In this document: positions 37,301 through 46,428 of the stretch, piece by piece
Layout: each line of letters opens with the position of its first letter
Position numbering within the stretch: position 1 is the first letter of the stretch
Assembly: GCA_963806735.1 (NCBI GenBank)
Contig: CAWEBE010000045.1
Coordinates: forward strand, 1,710 to 65,709
DNA length: 64,000 bases
Reading direction: 5' to 3'
DNA from: an uncultured Alphaproteobacteria bacterium
GTDB taxonomy: Bacteria; Pseudomonadota; Alphaproteobacteria; Rhizobiales; Hyphomicrobiaceae
Program-made: the position numbers and the translations under genes
Notes under the pieces: generated by a model
The model's database searches: none
What the model saw: the letters and a program-made list of their open reading frames with translations, nothing else
What the model was told of the DNA's origin: nothing

Positions 37301-37460
37301 CATCATCAGGGAGCTTGTCCCGTTCGAGCTCAGCGGCAAGGTCGATCTCGCCTTGGAGCCGGCTGGTGTCACATGCCGAATGGAAATTCCGCCTCAGGGC
37401 ATCAGTGAGGGCCGCCCACCGGCCCCAAGTCCATTGCCCAGCCTTCAGCCAATAACGTGA
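34335..37460 (+). CDS. MASE1 - multi-PAS - HWE-family sensor histidine kinase
   Basis: 1041 aa. Polytopic N-terminus (MASE1-like), four to five PAS/PAC units each ending ..DIT.RK.AE.AL.., HWE/HisKA_2 core ELDHRVKNTLATV, HELATNAAKYGALS, GYGMSIIRELV. Confidence 0.9.
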   Translation: MQLDLSRSADCRRKAAPAWLGSIALAMAMGVTYFLAARLNLELLSMPDGVAVFWPAAGIAAGTLIALGPIARWPVVAGVMGATMAANLTGDRNIASAVVFSLCNAGEAALIAWLIEHHFGADFSLDALRRALGFFVATAVATTVSGIAATAGFALFHPSEASLLTVWMNWLASDAIGVVTVAPLMIGLIRILPAPPSGPKMLEGVVSLAVLATVSTVSFGSDYMFTVLPLGLLLPLLIWPAARCPPVFAAAAACIVSLVIVVTMTLGIGRLGDPSIALVHRVHAAQITLLGMSTCTLVLAALCADMRSHQRVLKESADRLQLALDSAELGVWSLDIKTGRFQSDARDREIHDYRPDQPPETVAAARPFIHPSDLPVLDAAFAASKRTGARCKVEYRVAPASNGILLPQERWAALEGTVVRDAHGRAVQFLGITRNISDSKQAERALAERDLQLALAGQFALVGNFAVDVNSGRMQVSAGYSAIHGLAEGTAESSRADWRARVHPDDLSNVEAGFARAIADERREHYCEYRIVRSSGEIRWINSRSFITYCDGAAPRLVGANIDVTQRKQTEAALKEREASLADALDAGQVMAFEWNAITGQSRRSLNAARIIGDDQSGVDSRQSNQFLKRVHPEDRPSFKAHIKQLSRDNSSYAVNFRFCCRDDRQVWLEETARGEFDATGKLLHIKGLTRDITERKHAELALEERNIQVALAEKATLVGSFSYDVDTEIMQISEGYAVIHGFPEGTTEIARSQCLAGVHCDDIAWVEQVRSQSFRARRREYNVEYRIKRAGMVRWVETRCFLAYASNGRPSRVLGVSIDITERKQMEEQQHLLVAELDHRVKNTLATVAAIIAQTQEGRGSLPDFVAALDGRIQALAKTHELLSRSHWAGVSLHDIVQRELAPYETGNVEIDGPQVELKPEAAQAMAMVVHELATNAAKYGALSNRSGRVELRWWWLRNGSSGRLAVEWREIDGPPVQPPSQTGYGMSIIRELVPFELSGKVDLALEPAGVTCRMEIPPQGISEGRPPAPSPLPSLQPIT

Positions 37461-37675
37461 CGTCGGAAGGTGGCACGAACTCGCCTTCCTGCGTGACCTA
37501 TTCTGTGGCGCACTTCGATCCCTTCCGCAGTTTCAATCACGGTGATCAGTGTCGCACTCAACGTGCCTTGCCCAATTGCGCCTGCTCATTGTCAGCACAA
37601 TTGCCCATCACTAGTCGACCCAACGGGGATGTGAAAGCCACCTTGCGCTGGTTCCCGATCGACGTCGACCATCCG

Positions 37676-37860
37676 CGACCGCTATTCGCCTTCGCCGACA
37701 TCTCTCGCCGCTATAATCGGCCGGAGGTCTACTCGTTCCTGACCACGGTCGAGGCCATCGACCACGAGCGCATGCCGGAGCTACTGACGACCGAGGACGA
37801 GTTCGCCACCTGGCTCAACGGCACCCCAACTGAGGCCATGGTGCTGGCGCGGCAGGAACT
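37676..37860 (+). pseudogene. SRAP (YedK) remnant, second copy
   Basis: ..RPLFAFADISRRYNRPEVYSFLTTVEAIDHERMPELLTTEDEFATWLNGTPTEAMVLARQ inside ORF 37457..37957. No N-terminal catalytic half. Confidence 0.6.
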
Positions 37861-38319
37861 GTGGCGCGGCTGTCTCCGGATGATCGCACACACATATGTC
37901 TCGTTGACGACCCTTATGGTGAAGCGCTCATTCGCTGTCTCTTTGCACCGGCTTTGATCTGATGGACAGCCCGAAGCGCACCTTTGCAAGTGCATATCAT
38001 TTGGGGATGGATCCCACACTTCTGGAAGTCTGCTCCCGACATTGGATGGCGTGCGCTTCGACCTCACTGCGGTCCACATCTGCTTCCGGCACGACCAACT
38101 TGCTTCGAGCGATCCCTTTTGGAGCGCACCCAGTCCCGCAGTTCAAATCAGCATCAATAAACACGAGGGCCGCGGCTTCAAGCGCTGTTCGCCAGCTTCC
38201 GCACGCTTTGCAGCCGTCTGTTTCTTTTCGGCCATTAGCGTGATGCGATAAGGGTTCGATCGCCGATCGGTTTTGTCAGCTGCGTGCTGCAGTCATCTGC
38301 TGATCTCACTTCAGCCCCA

Positions 38320-38382
38320 GAAGTGCCATGCGTGATCTCCCCCAAAACAGGGGTGCCCGCAACGTTGGGCATATGATTTGTA
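38320..38382 (+). repeat. Conserved non-coding block, copy 2
   Basis: See 34236-34298. Confidence 0.65.
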
Positions 38383-39127
38383 GACGCCGCGACTTCAGGC
38401 ATGGGCTGCGCGGGTCACAACCAGCTTGAGCCGGATTCGCTCGACAACGCCGATAAGGAATCCGCGCAGTCGAGGCCGGACCTCATGATGGGTGCGGAGT
38501 TACCCGCTGCCCACCTGTCATGGGGCCGGCTGCCCAGACGCCTTGCTGGTCCATCGAACTGGCCATCACCACTCTGTTTGACTGACTCGTATGGGCTGCG
38601 GCTTTGGCAGCGCATGTAACGGGAGGTCGTTGTCTCGCACCACGTCGAGCAGGAAATCGCGCGGTGGCCATCAACCAGGGCTGTTAGGGACTTCGCGCGC
38701 GGCCTGTCCAGCGCAATGAGACGACCGACACCGCATGCCGTGCAGTCAGGCTGCGAGGGTCCGTGCTCCGTCCGATCTGTGACTGGGCGGGATGCAGAAC
38801 TCCGGGAACGGAAACAGGTCGCGCTCAGAAACGTCCTGAACCCGCCTGAGTTTGAGAGGATCGTGCCCTGACTTGGGAGCCGGGCAGCCCACTCGTGTGT
38901 CGTGCTGGTTGGAGGGCGCTTAATGCACGAAGCCACAGCGTTGGATTACGCAAACGCTGCCGGTGCCGCATCCCCATTCCAGGGGAGCTTTGTGCGATTG
39001 CGTACTTTTGTAGGGTTAACCCCGATCCGGCCTGCGGAAAGATCTGCTAGTAGTCCGAGTTGGACGCCTACTCGGCATCGAGGTCCCGGTGCAGCGTTGA
39101 GCGAATTCAACCCACCGATGGGGACAG

Positions 39128-40527
39128 ATGCACAACAAGCTGGCTCCCGAGTTTCCCTGCCGCGAACTGCTGGATGCGTTGCCCGCTGCCATCTACACCA
39201 CCGACGCCGCTGGCCGCATAACCTACTTCAATGCGGCCGCCGTTCAGCTGGCTGGTCGGACGCCCGAGATCGGCAGCGATGAATGGTGCGTAACTTGGAA
39301 GCTCTATCGTTCTGACGGAAGCCTACTGCCGCACGATGAATGCCCAATGGCGGTCGCCCTGAAAACGGGACGCCCCGTCAGAGGCATGGAAGCTATTGGC
39401 GAGCGGCCTGATGGCACGCTGGTGCCGTTCATGCCTTACCCGACGCCGCTGCATGATGCGTCCGGCAATGTCATCGGTGCCGTGAACATGCTGGTTGATT
39501 TGACGGACCGCTCGCAGGCGGAGCAGGCCAGGAAAGTGCTCGCCTCGATCGTCGAGCACTCGGATGACGCCATTGTCAGTAGGGACCTCAATGGCGTCAT
39601 TGCCAGCTGGAACCCTGGAGCCGAACGCCTTTTCGGCTACACGGCCGATGAGGTCGTCGGCAAGTCTGTCACCGCTTTGTTTCCAGAAGACCTCCAGAAC
39701 GAGGAATGCGCAATTCTTGAGCGCGTACGACGTGGCGAGCAGATCGAACACTATGAGACGGTGCGCTGCCGCAAGGATGGCAGTCTGGTCGATATCTCGT
39801 TGACGGTGTCCCCTTTAAGGAATGCCGCAGGCAAGATCACGGGCGTGGCTAAGATTGCGCGGGACATCAGCGCGCGCAAGAACGGCGGAGCACGAGCGGC
39901 TGCTGGCTCTTCAGGACGAGGAACGCCGACGCATTGCCAATGAGCTGCACGACTCGACCGCACAGCATTTGGCGGCCATCAGCCTCAACCTGATGCGGGT
40001 GAGAGCGGATGCTGAGGTGAAGGCTGACAACACGCGACATCCTGGACGAAATCGGTGGATCGCTAGAGGAAGCCACAAAGGAGCTGCGCGCCTTTAGCTA
40101 TCTCCTTTACCCGCCGGACCTGCAAAAGGAGGGTTTGTCAGTCACGCTCAGGCGATATGTTGAGGGTTTCGGTCGGCGGACTGGACTGAAAGTCACGATC
40201 AGATCATGCGGCAGCGTCGACCAACTGTCGCTACCGCTTCAGCAAGCGCTGCTGCGCGTTGTTCAGGAGGCGTTGACCAATGTGTATCGCCACGCCTCGG
40301 CGACGCGCGTCTTCGTCAAGTTCAGATGTGTGGGCAAGCGACTGCGTTTGGTGATCAGCGATGACGGGCAGAAAACTGAGGCAACCGCCGGACAGAACGG
40401 GGAGCCGTTCCGCTCAGGCATGGGCATCCCAGGCATGATCTCCCGCATGCAGCAGTTCGGCGGCAACCTTGACATTCATTCCGGCCGTAATGGCACTGCC
40501 GTTCATGCAACAGTACTCATCGCTTGA
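39128..40527 (+). pseudogene. PAS-PAS-HisKA_3-HATPase sensor kinase broken by two frameshifts
   Basis: Three consecutive ORFs in three frames. 39128..39943: two PAS domains. 39822..40097: ERLLALQDEERRRIANELHDSTAQHLAAISLNL, the H box. 40135..40527: ..LRVVQEALTNVYRHA..DDG..GMGIPGM.., the ATPase. Switches at ~39875 and ~40030. Confidence 0.85.
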
Positions 40528-40589
40528 CGGGTCAGGCCATCACGCCGAACACGCCGCTCGCGGTGGCGGCCTTCTGCAAGGCCGGGGAG

Positions 40590-40841
40590 CTAGACTTGGC
40601 TGACCGTGTCGACGACACGTCCAACCGGCACGACCAACAACCGTTGCCCCCTCTCGTCTTCGACCTCGATCTGGATGTCGAGACTGGCTGCGGTTCCCTT
40701 GAGCACCTTTTGGCTCAGGACCTCTCGCGCGCTTTCGAGCACGACCGCTCGCACCGCCTCCAGGTCTGGGAACTCCTCGGGAGGGCCGTCGTCGGCCAGG
40801 AGCTTGCCGTTCACCTTCACTCTGACGAAGTATCGAGGCAT
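40590..40841 (-). CDS. DUF6894-like small protein
   Basis: Internal ATG with GGAGAA SD: MPRYFVRVKVNGKLLADDGPPEEFPDLEAVRAVVLESAREVLSQ..IEVEDERGQRLLVVPV. Confidence 0.6.
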   Translation of the reverse strand: MPRYFVRVKVNGKLLADDGPPEEFPDLEAVRAVVLESAREVLSQKVLKGTAASLDIQIEVEDERGQRLLVVPVGRVVDTVSQV

Positions 40842-41583
40842 CGATCTTCTCCGTACGGAGAATAATCGGCCTGAAGGGTGAAGGTTCCAGAGCGAAGTTA
40901 GGTGCGCAATCAGACAGATGAAGAGCGGGGCGACGGCCCCTGTGTTGGAACTCGGTTGGCAAGCAGGCGGGCGGGTTGATCGCGGCACGCGGGGGGCCGG
41001 ATCAGCATCCTCAAGCGCGCAAACCTGGAGATAGCTCATGCGTTCCCATCATATCTTAGCTGTGTCGCTGTCCGCCGTGCTCGGCGGCCGTCTCCGCTGC
41101 GAGCGAACTCCACAGTAAGCCACGACTTTCACACTGATCGGCCAGCAAAGCGTTGCGTGGCGGGAATGCTCGTCACTGAGATGCCTTGTTATAGGGGCAC
41201 GATCTGTAGTGGAGCGCATACGCTTCCCCGCACAGCGGAGCGCTCCGGTAGAGCGCTCGTCAACCCGCATAACCAAGGGGCGCTCTACCTCAGGTTCCGC
41301 CGCGTTGTGCGCCTCTCTCGCCCCATGGCGTTGCCGCTATACCTGCATAGATTGAGAAGAAGAGGCACCCCGCCGCATGGTTGGCGAGGTGCCTCGCCGA
41401 TGTGCATCTGACCCCGCGAAGGCACATCGGTAGCATCAGGCTTGGACAGGACGCTTTATGATGCCAAGCGCCATGGCGCGAAGCACAAGGGGATCGCGGA
41501 TGCCCAAGCGCGTATAGGCGAGCACGGCACTCGCCAGCGCGACGCGCACAGAGCCGAGCTTGCGTGCGTTCAAGTGTCGATAA

Positions 41584-41814
41584 TCAGGCTCGACTAGGGT
41601 CCAGACCGCGTCGAAGCGCGACCGGGCGCTGCGCAAGGACCCGTACTTCGACTTCGCGCAAGCTTTGCTGCAGATCGCTATCGTTCTGGCATCCGTGGCG
41701 ATCATCGCCGGCACCGACATGTTGGTGATCTTGAGCTTTGTGGTCGCCGCGCTCGGGACAACACTGATGCTCAATGGCTTGACGCTGCTCGCTGCCGTCC
41801 CAGGCATGGGCTGA
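41584..41814 (+). pseudogene. C-terminal remnant of a DUF4337-like membrane protein
   Basis: ..KDPYFDFAQALLQIAIVLASVAIIAGTDMLVILSFVVAALGTTLMLNGLTLLAAVPGMG*. No start codon. The frame opens just after a TAA. Confidence 0.5.
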
Positions 41815-42556
41815 TACGGCCGACGAGAATTAGTGCCTGCCGAGCGTCCTCGGGCCAACGCCGAAACGATGCCGGTGGGTTGACGTGGCCTTCGATCTGC
41901 TGCTGGCGATCGCGGCGCCACCGCCTTCGGGCTGATGGTCGTCATGCTGCTGCTGTTGCCGGAAGCGCATGGCCGCAATCGCCGATCGCGTGCGTCCCCT
42001 GCCTCAGGGGAAATGGTAGGGCGGTCCTAGCGATGGCCCCTGAGAGGAGAAGGACGGCCCTACCTGAACGCGGGTTGCACGTTCCCTTCAAGGATGCCCC
42101 ACATAACGACCAAGTCCACATGGAACTCTGTATTCTTCTCACTTACTGAGTTCCGTGTCGCTGTGTCGCCACACAATACATTACGCAAAAGAATACTGCT
42201 GGCATTGAGAACAGCGGCAAGGCCGGGCGTGTGCGATCCTCAGGCGGCGTTGATTTCCCTCACGTCACCTGCGGCACGATCGAAACCGGCAAGCGATCGT
42301 GGGGTCAGCCTATACGCCGTGATCCTGCAGCGAAGATTCGCCAGCGCGCCACGCATCACGGCTTCGGGCCGCGAGTCCGAGCGCCAGCACTTAAAGCTCC
42401 GCGCTGCCCCATCCCGTCCCGCCGGGGCGCGAAGAGTTCCACTTGGACCTCTGCCTCACGGACCGAAACCACGACGCTACGGTCTCGACGAGCCTGCGGA
42501 CTTGGAAGAAAATCGGTTCGCGCCGGCGAAGATCTGGCCACAGGAGAGGAAGCGTC

Positions 42557-42808
42557 ATGCAATTCAAAAAAGCACTGGCACTGCTCGCAGCAATGCTGCT
42601 GGCTCTACCCCCACTACAAGCCGCCGCTACGTCATTTGCGAGCAGTCAGATCAGCATAGAGAGTGGTGTCACCTACACAGCTGGCAAGAAGAAAAAGCAA
42701 AAGGCGAAGACCAAAGCTAAAGCCACAAAGGTCGCTGCGTTTAAGTCGTGCGGTACCTTCATGTACCGCAAGGACGGTAAGTGTTTGGACGCGAGGGCCA
42801 AGAAGTAG
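42557..42808 (+). CDS. 83-aa secreted Lys-rich peptide with a C-terminal Cys pair (paralogue 1)
   Basis: AGGAGAGGA SD. MQFKKALALLAAMLLALPPLQAAA signal. ..GVTYTAGKKKKQKAKTKAKATKVAAFKSCGTFMYRKDGKCLDARAKK. Confidence 0.6.
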   Translation: MQFKKALALLAAMLLALPPLQAAATSFASSQISIESGVTYTAGKKKKQKAKTKAKATKVAAFKSCGTFMYRKDGKCLDARAKK

Positions 42809-43141
42809 CCTTGCGGCGCGAGCCTTACGAACGGCGTCGAGGCGACTGGCCCTCGACGCCACCCTCATTGGATTTGCTGTGGGCCTAACAATCGCAGCCT
42901 TCGTCCGCCAGTCCCCGACGCTTTCCGGGAGCGATCCGCCCACTGTGGCAACCTCAACGGCACGCACCCCCGCGCCGCCTGGCGCGGTTTGGCCGTAGCT
43001 CATGCCGTTGATGTTGTTGCGCACAAAGCAGGCGCCATCGGGGTAACGTCCTACTTCCTTCCAGCGGGCAGGAACGACCCGGGTTGGCGGGTGTTCTTTG
43101 GGAAGAGCATGACGGGGCGGCACGCAAACAGGAGCCGTCCA

Positions 43142-43561
43142 ATGAAGGTAAAGACCGCAATGCATCGGGGCGTGACATGGGTTGATCCCAACACGCCGGT
43201 CGAACTGCTCGCGCGGTTGATGCAGAAGCACGACATCGGCGCAATCCCCATCGGCGAGAACGATCGCCTTGTCGGCATGGTCACCGATCGCGACATCGTC
43301 TGTCGCTGCATCGCCGCGGGGGGCGACCCGAAGACCACGACCGCCCGCGACGTGATGACTGAGGGCATCATCTTCTGCCTCGACAAGCAGGAGCTCGATG
43401 ATGCCGCCCGCCTCATGGAGATGAAGCAAGTGCGCCGCCTGCCGGTCATCAACGGCAAGAAGCGCATGATCGGAATACTGAGCCTCGGCGATGTCTACCA
43501 TACGGCCTCGCATCGTCTCGGCGGCGAGGTCTTGCACGCCGTCTCAGCGCATCACGACTAG
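43142..43561 (+). CDS. CBS-pair domain protein
   Basis: AGGAG SD. ..HDIGAIPIGENDRLVGMVTDRDI.. and ..VRRLPVINGKKRMIGILSLGDV.. Confidence 0.9.
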   Translation: MKVKTAMHRGVTWVDPNTPVELLARLMQKHDIGAIPIGENDRLVGMVTDRDIVCRCIAAGGDPKTTTARDVMTEGIIFCLDKQELDDAARLMEMKQVRRLPVINGKKRMIGILSLGDVYHTASHRLGGEVLHAVSAHHD

Positions 43562-44046
43562 GAGATGTAAGCTCGTTACTTGCTGCCGCCCCGGCCTCTC
43601 TGGTCGCGCGGATTGCGCTCCGCGATCCACCACTGTCGGGCAGCCGGGCCCCTGCGCGACTTTGGCGATGGCTTCGTCGCCGTGTTGCTCCCCGTGTACT
43701 TGGGGCTCAGCGCCTGAACGTGCCGGCGCGCTCGCCGTGCTGCTCATCGCGCCTCGTCATGCTGGCGGGACAACTCGGGGCGCTGGCACGGTGAAGACAT
43801 AAGCTAGTCTCGGACACCTGATGTGCGACTCTGGTCATAAGCTGCCTATCTGACTGACGGCGCGTGAAACTCCGGAGACTGCTTGACCTCGTGCAATGCA
43901 GAAACTGTGGTAGCTTCACGATTGACTCAGGCTTACAGGGGCCGCACGTTAAATTGCTCCCGGGCAGCTTCTGCATCTCCTTTCGTTGCTCGCATGCGAA
44001 CTCCGTTCATTCCGACAACGGCTGCGCCCAACTTGAAGACCGACTC

Positions 44047-44883
44047 GTGAGCGCCAGCCGCATCGGGGTTTCCGCAACGCCTCGGCCAGACGTGGTCCTT
44101 GTGACCGGGTGCTCGTCAGGTATCGGCATGGCCTGCAGTGAACACTTGGCCGAAGCCGGACGCCGTGTGTATGGCGCAAGCCGCACGCCTTGCGCGCCGA
44201 AGCGGTGGCGCTATGTCGCTATGGACGTCACCGACGAAGCATCTGTGGAACGTGCGGTTGGCGCGGTGGTGACGCAGGAGGGGCGCATCGATGCGCTTGT
44301 ACACTGCGCGGGTGTAAGCCTTGCTGGTGCCGTGGAGGACGCCACTGTGGAGGAGGCGAAGCGCCAGTTCGACACCAACTTCTTTGGCACGGTGCGGGTT
44401 CTGCGGGCTGTGCTTCCCGTGATGCGTCGGCAGGCTTCCGGACGCGTGCTCGTCATTGGCTCCATCGGCGGGCTGATCGGGTTGCCTTTCCTCGGCCATT
44501 ACAGCGCCAGCAAGTTCGCGCTCGATGGCTTGGTCGAGGCACTGCGTGTTGAAGTGGCACCGCTCGGCATCGACGCCTGCCTCGTCCACCCTGGCGACTA
44601 CTGCACGGCAATCAGCGCCAACCAGATCGTGTCTGCCAATGCCCGCGACAGTTCCGCCTATGCTGCCGCCTGCCGCCGAATGGTGTCGATCTATGATGAG
44701 AGTGTTCGGCGAGCGCCGCCGCCGGAGGTAGTTGCGAAAAGAATTGAGCGCTTGCTGTCGCGCCGCCGCCTGCCAGTGCGGTGCGTGCTCGGTTCACCGG
44801 TTGAAGTCGCCGCAGTGTGGCTCAAGCGGTTGCTGCCGGCGCGCAGCTTCGAGGCGATCTTCCGGACTGTCTATCGGCTTTAG
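44047..44883 (+). CDS. Short-chain dehydrogenase/reductase (SDR)
   Basis: VVLVTGCSSGIG (TGxxxGxG), ..NFFG.., YSASK (YxxxK). The GTG at 44047 was chosen because the first ~60 codons of ORF 43864..44883 look non-coding. Confidence 0.8.
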   Translation: MSASRIGVSATPRPDVVLVTGCSSGIGMACSEHLAEAGRRVYGASRTPCAPKRWRYVAMDVTDEASVERAVGAVVTQEGRIDALVHCAGVSLAGAVEDATVEEAKRQFDTNFFGTVRVLRAVLPVMRRQASGRVLVIGSIGGLIGLPFLGHYSASKFALDGLVEALRVEVAPLGIDACLVHPGDYCTAISANQIVSANARDSSAYAAACRRMVSIYDESVRRAPPPEVVAKRIERLLSRRRLPVRCVLGSPVEVAAVWLKRLLPARSFEAIFRTVYRL

Positions 44884-44954
44884 CTCGTCACGCGAAAATC
44901 CCGCCCGAGTGCACGGCGGCCAGTTTGCTAGCCTAGAGGAGGGCGATGGCAGTC

Positions 44955-46322
44955 CTACTGCGGTGTCCCATGGCGAGCTTGGTCCATGCGTGGGGTCTCT
45001 TGGAGCGCGTCTTTGTACCAACCCGGTAGAATGGGCGGCCAGCCCATGCTTCGCCGGACGCGGTCGATGTGTTTCTCAAACGCGCCGAAGTCTATGTAAC
45101 CGATATGTCGCTGCGATCCGACAAATCTGATGCCACCTCCAAGCTCAGGGCGATCGCTCCTCAGCAAGTTGGCAAAGCGGGTTTCGTCTCGCCCGCATTG
45201 CTGGACAAGTAGCACCCGGGCGATGACATCGGCCAACTTATCGAACAGCTGGTAGGCTGCGACGTTGCTCTCAAACAGGCCAAGCACGAAAAGGGCGGGA
45301 TGCTCGCGCGAAAACACACCCATGTAGAGATCGGGCCTGCCCTCCTGCCATTGAATGAGTCCCTCCTCAAGGTACGGCAACTCCCAGCTGTAGCCCGTCG
45401 CATAAATGATAAGGTCGATGGCCTCGCGCGACCCATCATCGAAGACCACCTCCGCGCCATTCAGATGGCTGATGTTGGGCTTCGCAATTAGGTCGCCATG
45501 GGCGAGATAGTGCAAGATCTGTGAGTTCACGATGGGGTGCGACTCGAGCACCTTGTGATCGGGCGCCTTCAGCCCGAAGCGCGTCAGGTCGCCGTTGAGC
45601 AGGCGCAGAAGCCGGCCTAGCAGAAACTGCGCTAGCCACGTTGGCAGGCGTCGGCCCCGTTCAACAAACACATCGAGAGGCTCGCCGAACACGTGTTTTG
45701 GGAAGAAATGGTACCCACGGCGCAAGCTGATGAACGCCGCCTTTGCCGAATGCGCCGCGTCGCAGGCGATGTCGCACCCGGAATTTCCCGCCCCGACGAT
45801 GAGAACGCGCTTGCCACGAAATTCATCCGGGGTCCGATACGTTGAGGCATGGCGATGCTCGCCCGCGAATCGTCCCGAAAAGGATGGCACGCGCGGGTGC
45901 CAGTTAGCACCGCTTGCGGCCACGAGCCAGCCGTAGGACTTCGTCTCACCAGTCGCCAAGGAGACCTTCCAGCCCGTCGCACTCTGCTCGATCCTTTGAA
46001 CGCCGGTATTGAAATGAATGTTTTCGTACAGGCCATAGATGCGGGCAAATTCACGCAGGTAGGCCAGGATCTGTCGGTGCGAGGGATAGTCGGGATAGTC
46101 CGCGGGCATCTCGAAGTCGAGAAAATGCGATCTGGTCTTCGAGGAGATGAAGTGGACGCTGTCGTAGATCGGCGAGCCAGAATTGGCCTGGTCCCAAATG
46201 CCACCCGCGGCGCTGTGCCGCTCGTAGACATCGAACTCGATGTGCAACCGCTTCAGCGCGCGCGCCATGGCAAGCCCCGCCGGCCCGGCACCCACAACGC
46301 ATACTTTCCGGTTTGCCCGCAT
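44955..46322 (-). CDS. Flavin-containing monooxygenase (class B, FMO/BVMO-like)
   Basis: VVGAGPAGLA (FAD), FAGEHRHASTY (FxGxxxHxxxY), VGAGNSGCD (NADPH). Confidence 0.85.
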   Translation of the reverse strand: MRANRKVCVVGAGPAGLAMARALKRLHIEFDVYERHSAAGGIWDQANSGSPIYDSVHFISSKTRSHFLDFEMPADYPDYPSHRQILAYLREFARIYGLYENIHFNTGVQRIEQSATGWKVSLATGETKSYGWLVAASGANWHPRVPSFSGRFAGEHRHASTYRTPDEFRGKRVLIVGAGNSGCDIACDAAHSAKAAFISLRRGYHFFPKHVFGEPLDVFVERGRRLPTWLAQFLLGRLLRLLNGDLTRFGLKAPDHKVLESHPIVNSQILHYLAHGDLIAKPNISHLNGAEVVFDDGSREAIDLIIYATGYSWELPYLEEGLIQWQEGRPDLYMGVFSREHPALFVLGLFESNVAAYQLFDKLADVIARVLLVQQCGRDETRFANLLRSDRPELGGGIRFVGSQRHIGYIDFGAFEKHIDRVRRSMGWPPILPGWYKDALQETPRMDQARHGTPQ

Positions 46323-46428
46323 TGGTGGCCCCAGATCGTCGGTAGTGCAAGGACGGCCATGTCAGGCGTGCGTCGCGGTCTGCGCAGTTTTCCTGGGTGG
46401 CCGCACCGGCCGACGCGGTCGCCGACCG

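Noticed and set aside
38401-38936. ORFs 38401..38619(+) and 38415..38936(-) between the second conserved block and the broken kinase.
   Set aside because: Neither translation shows motifs or convincing codon bias. The region may be degraded sequence.
43071-43095. EcfG-type general-stress promoter upstream of the CBS gene (GGAAC-N16-TGTT).
   Set aside because: The -10 element deviates from CGTT, and similar near-matches are expected by chance. Upstream regions of the csp, USP and Lys-rich genes showed no better match.
42632-43537. Long ORFs antisense to, or overlapping, clear genes. Examples: 42632..43537(-), 34965..35909(-), 27756..28493(+), 26714..27391(+), 52658..53377(+), 50073..50699(-), and the first ~190 codons of 49824..50663(+).
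   Set aside because: These are typical shadow ORFs of GC-rich DNA. The translations are Arg/Pro/Ala/Gly-rich with no motifs, and the opposite or alternate frame carries a recognisable domain protein.
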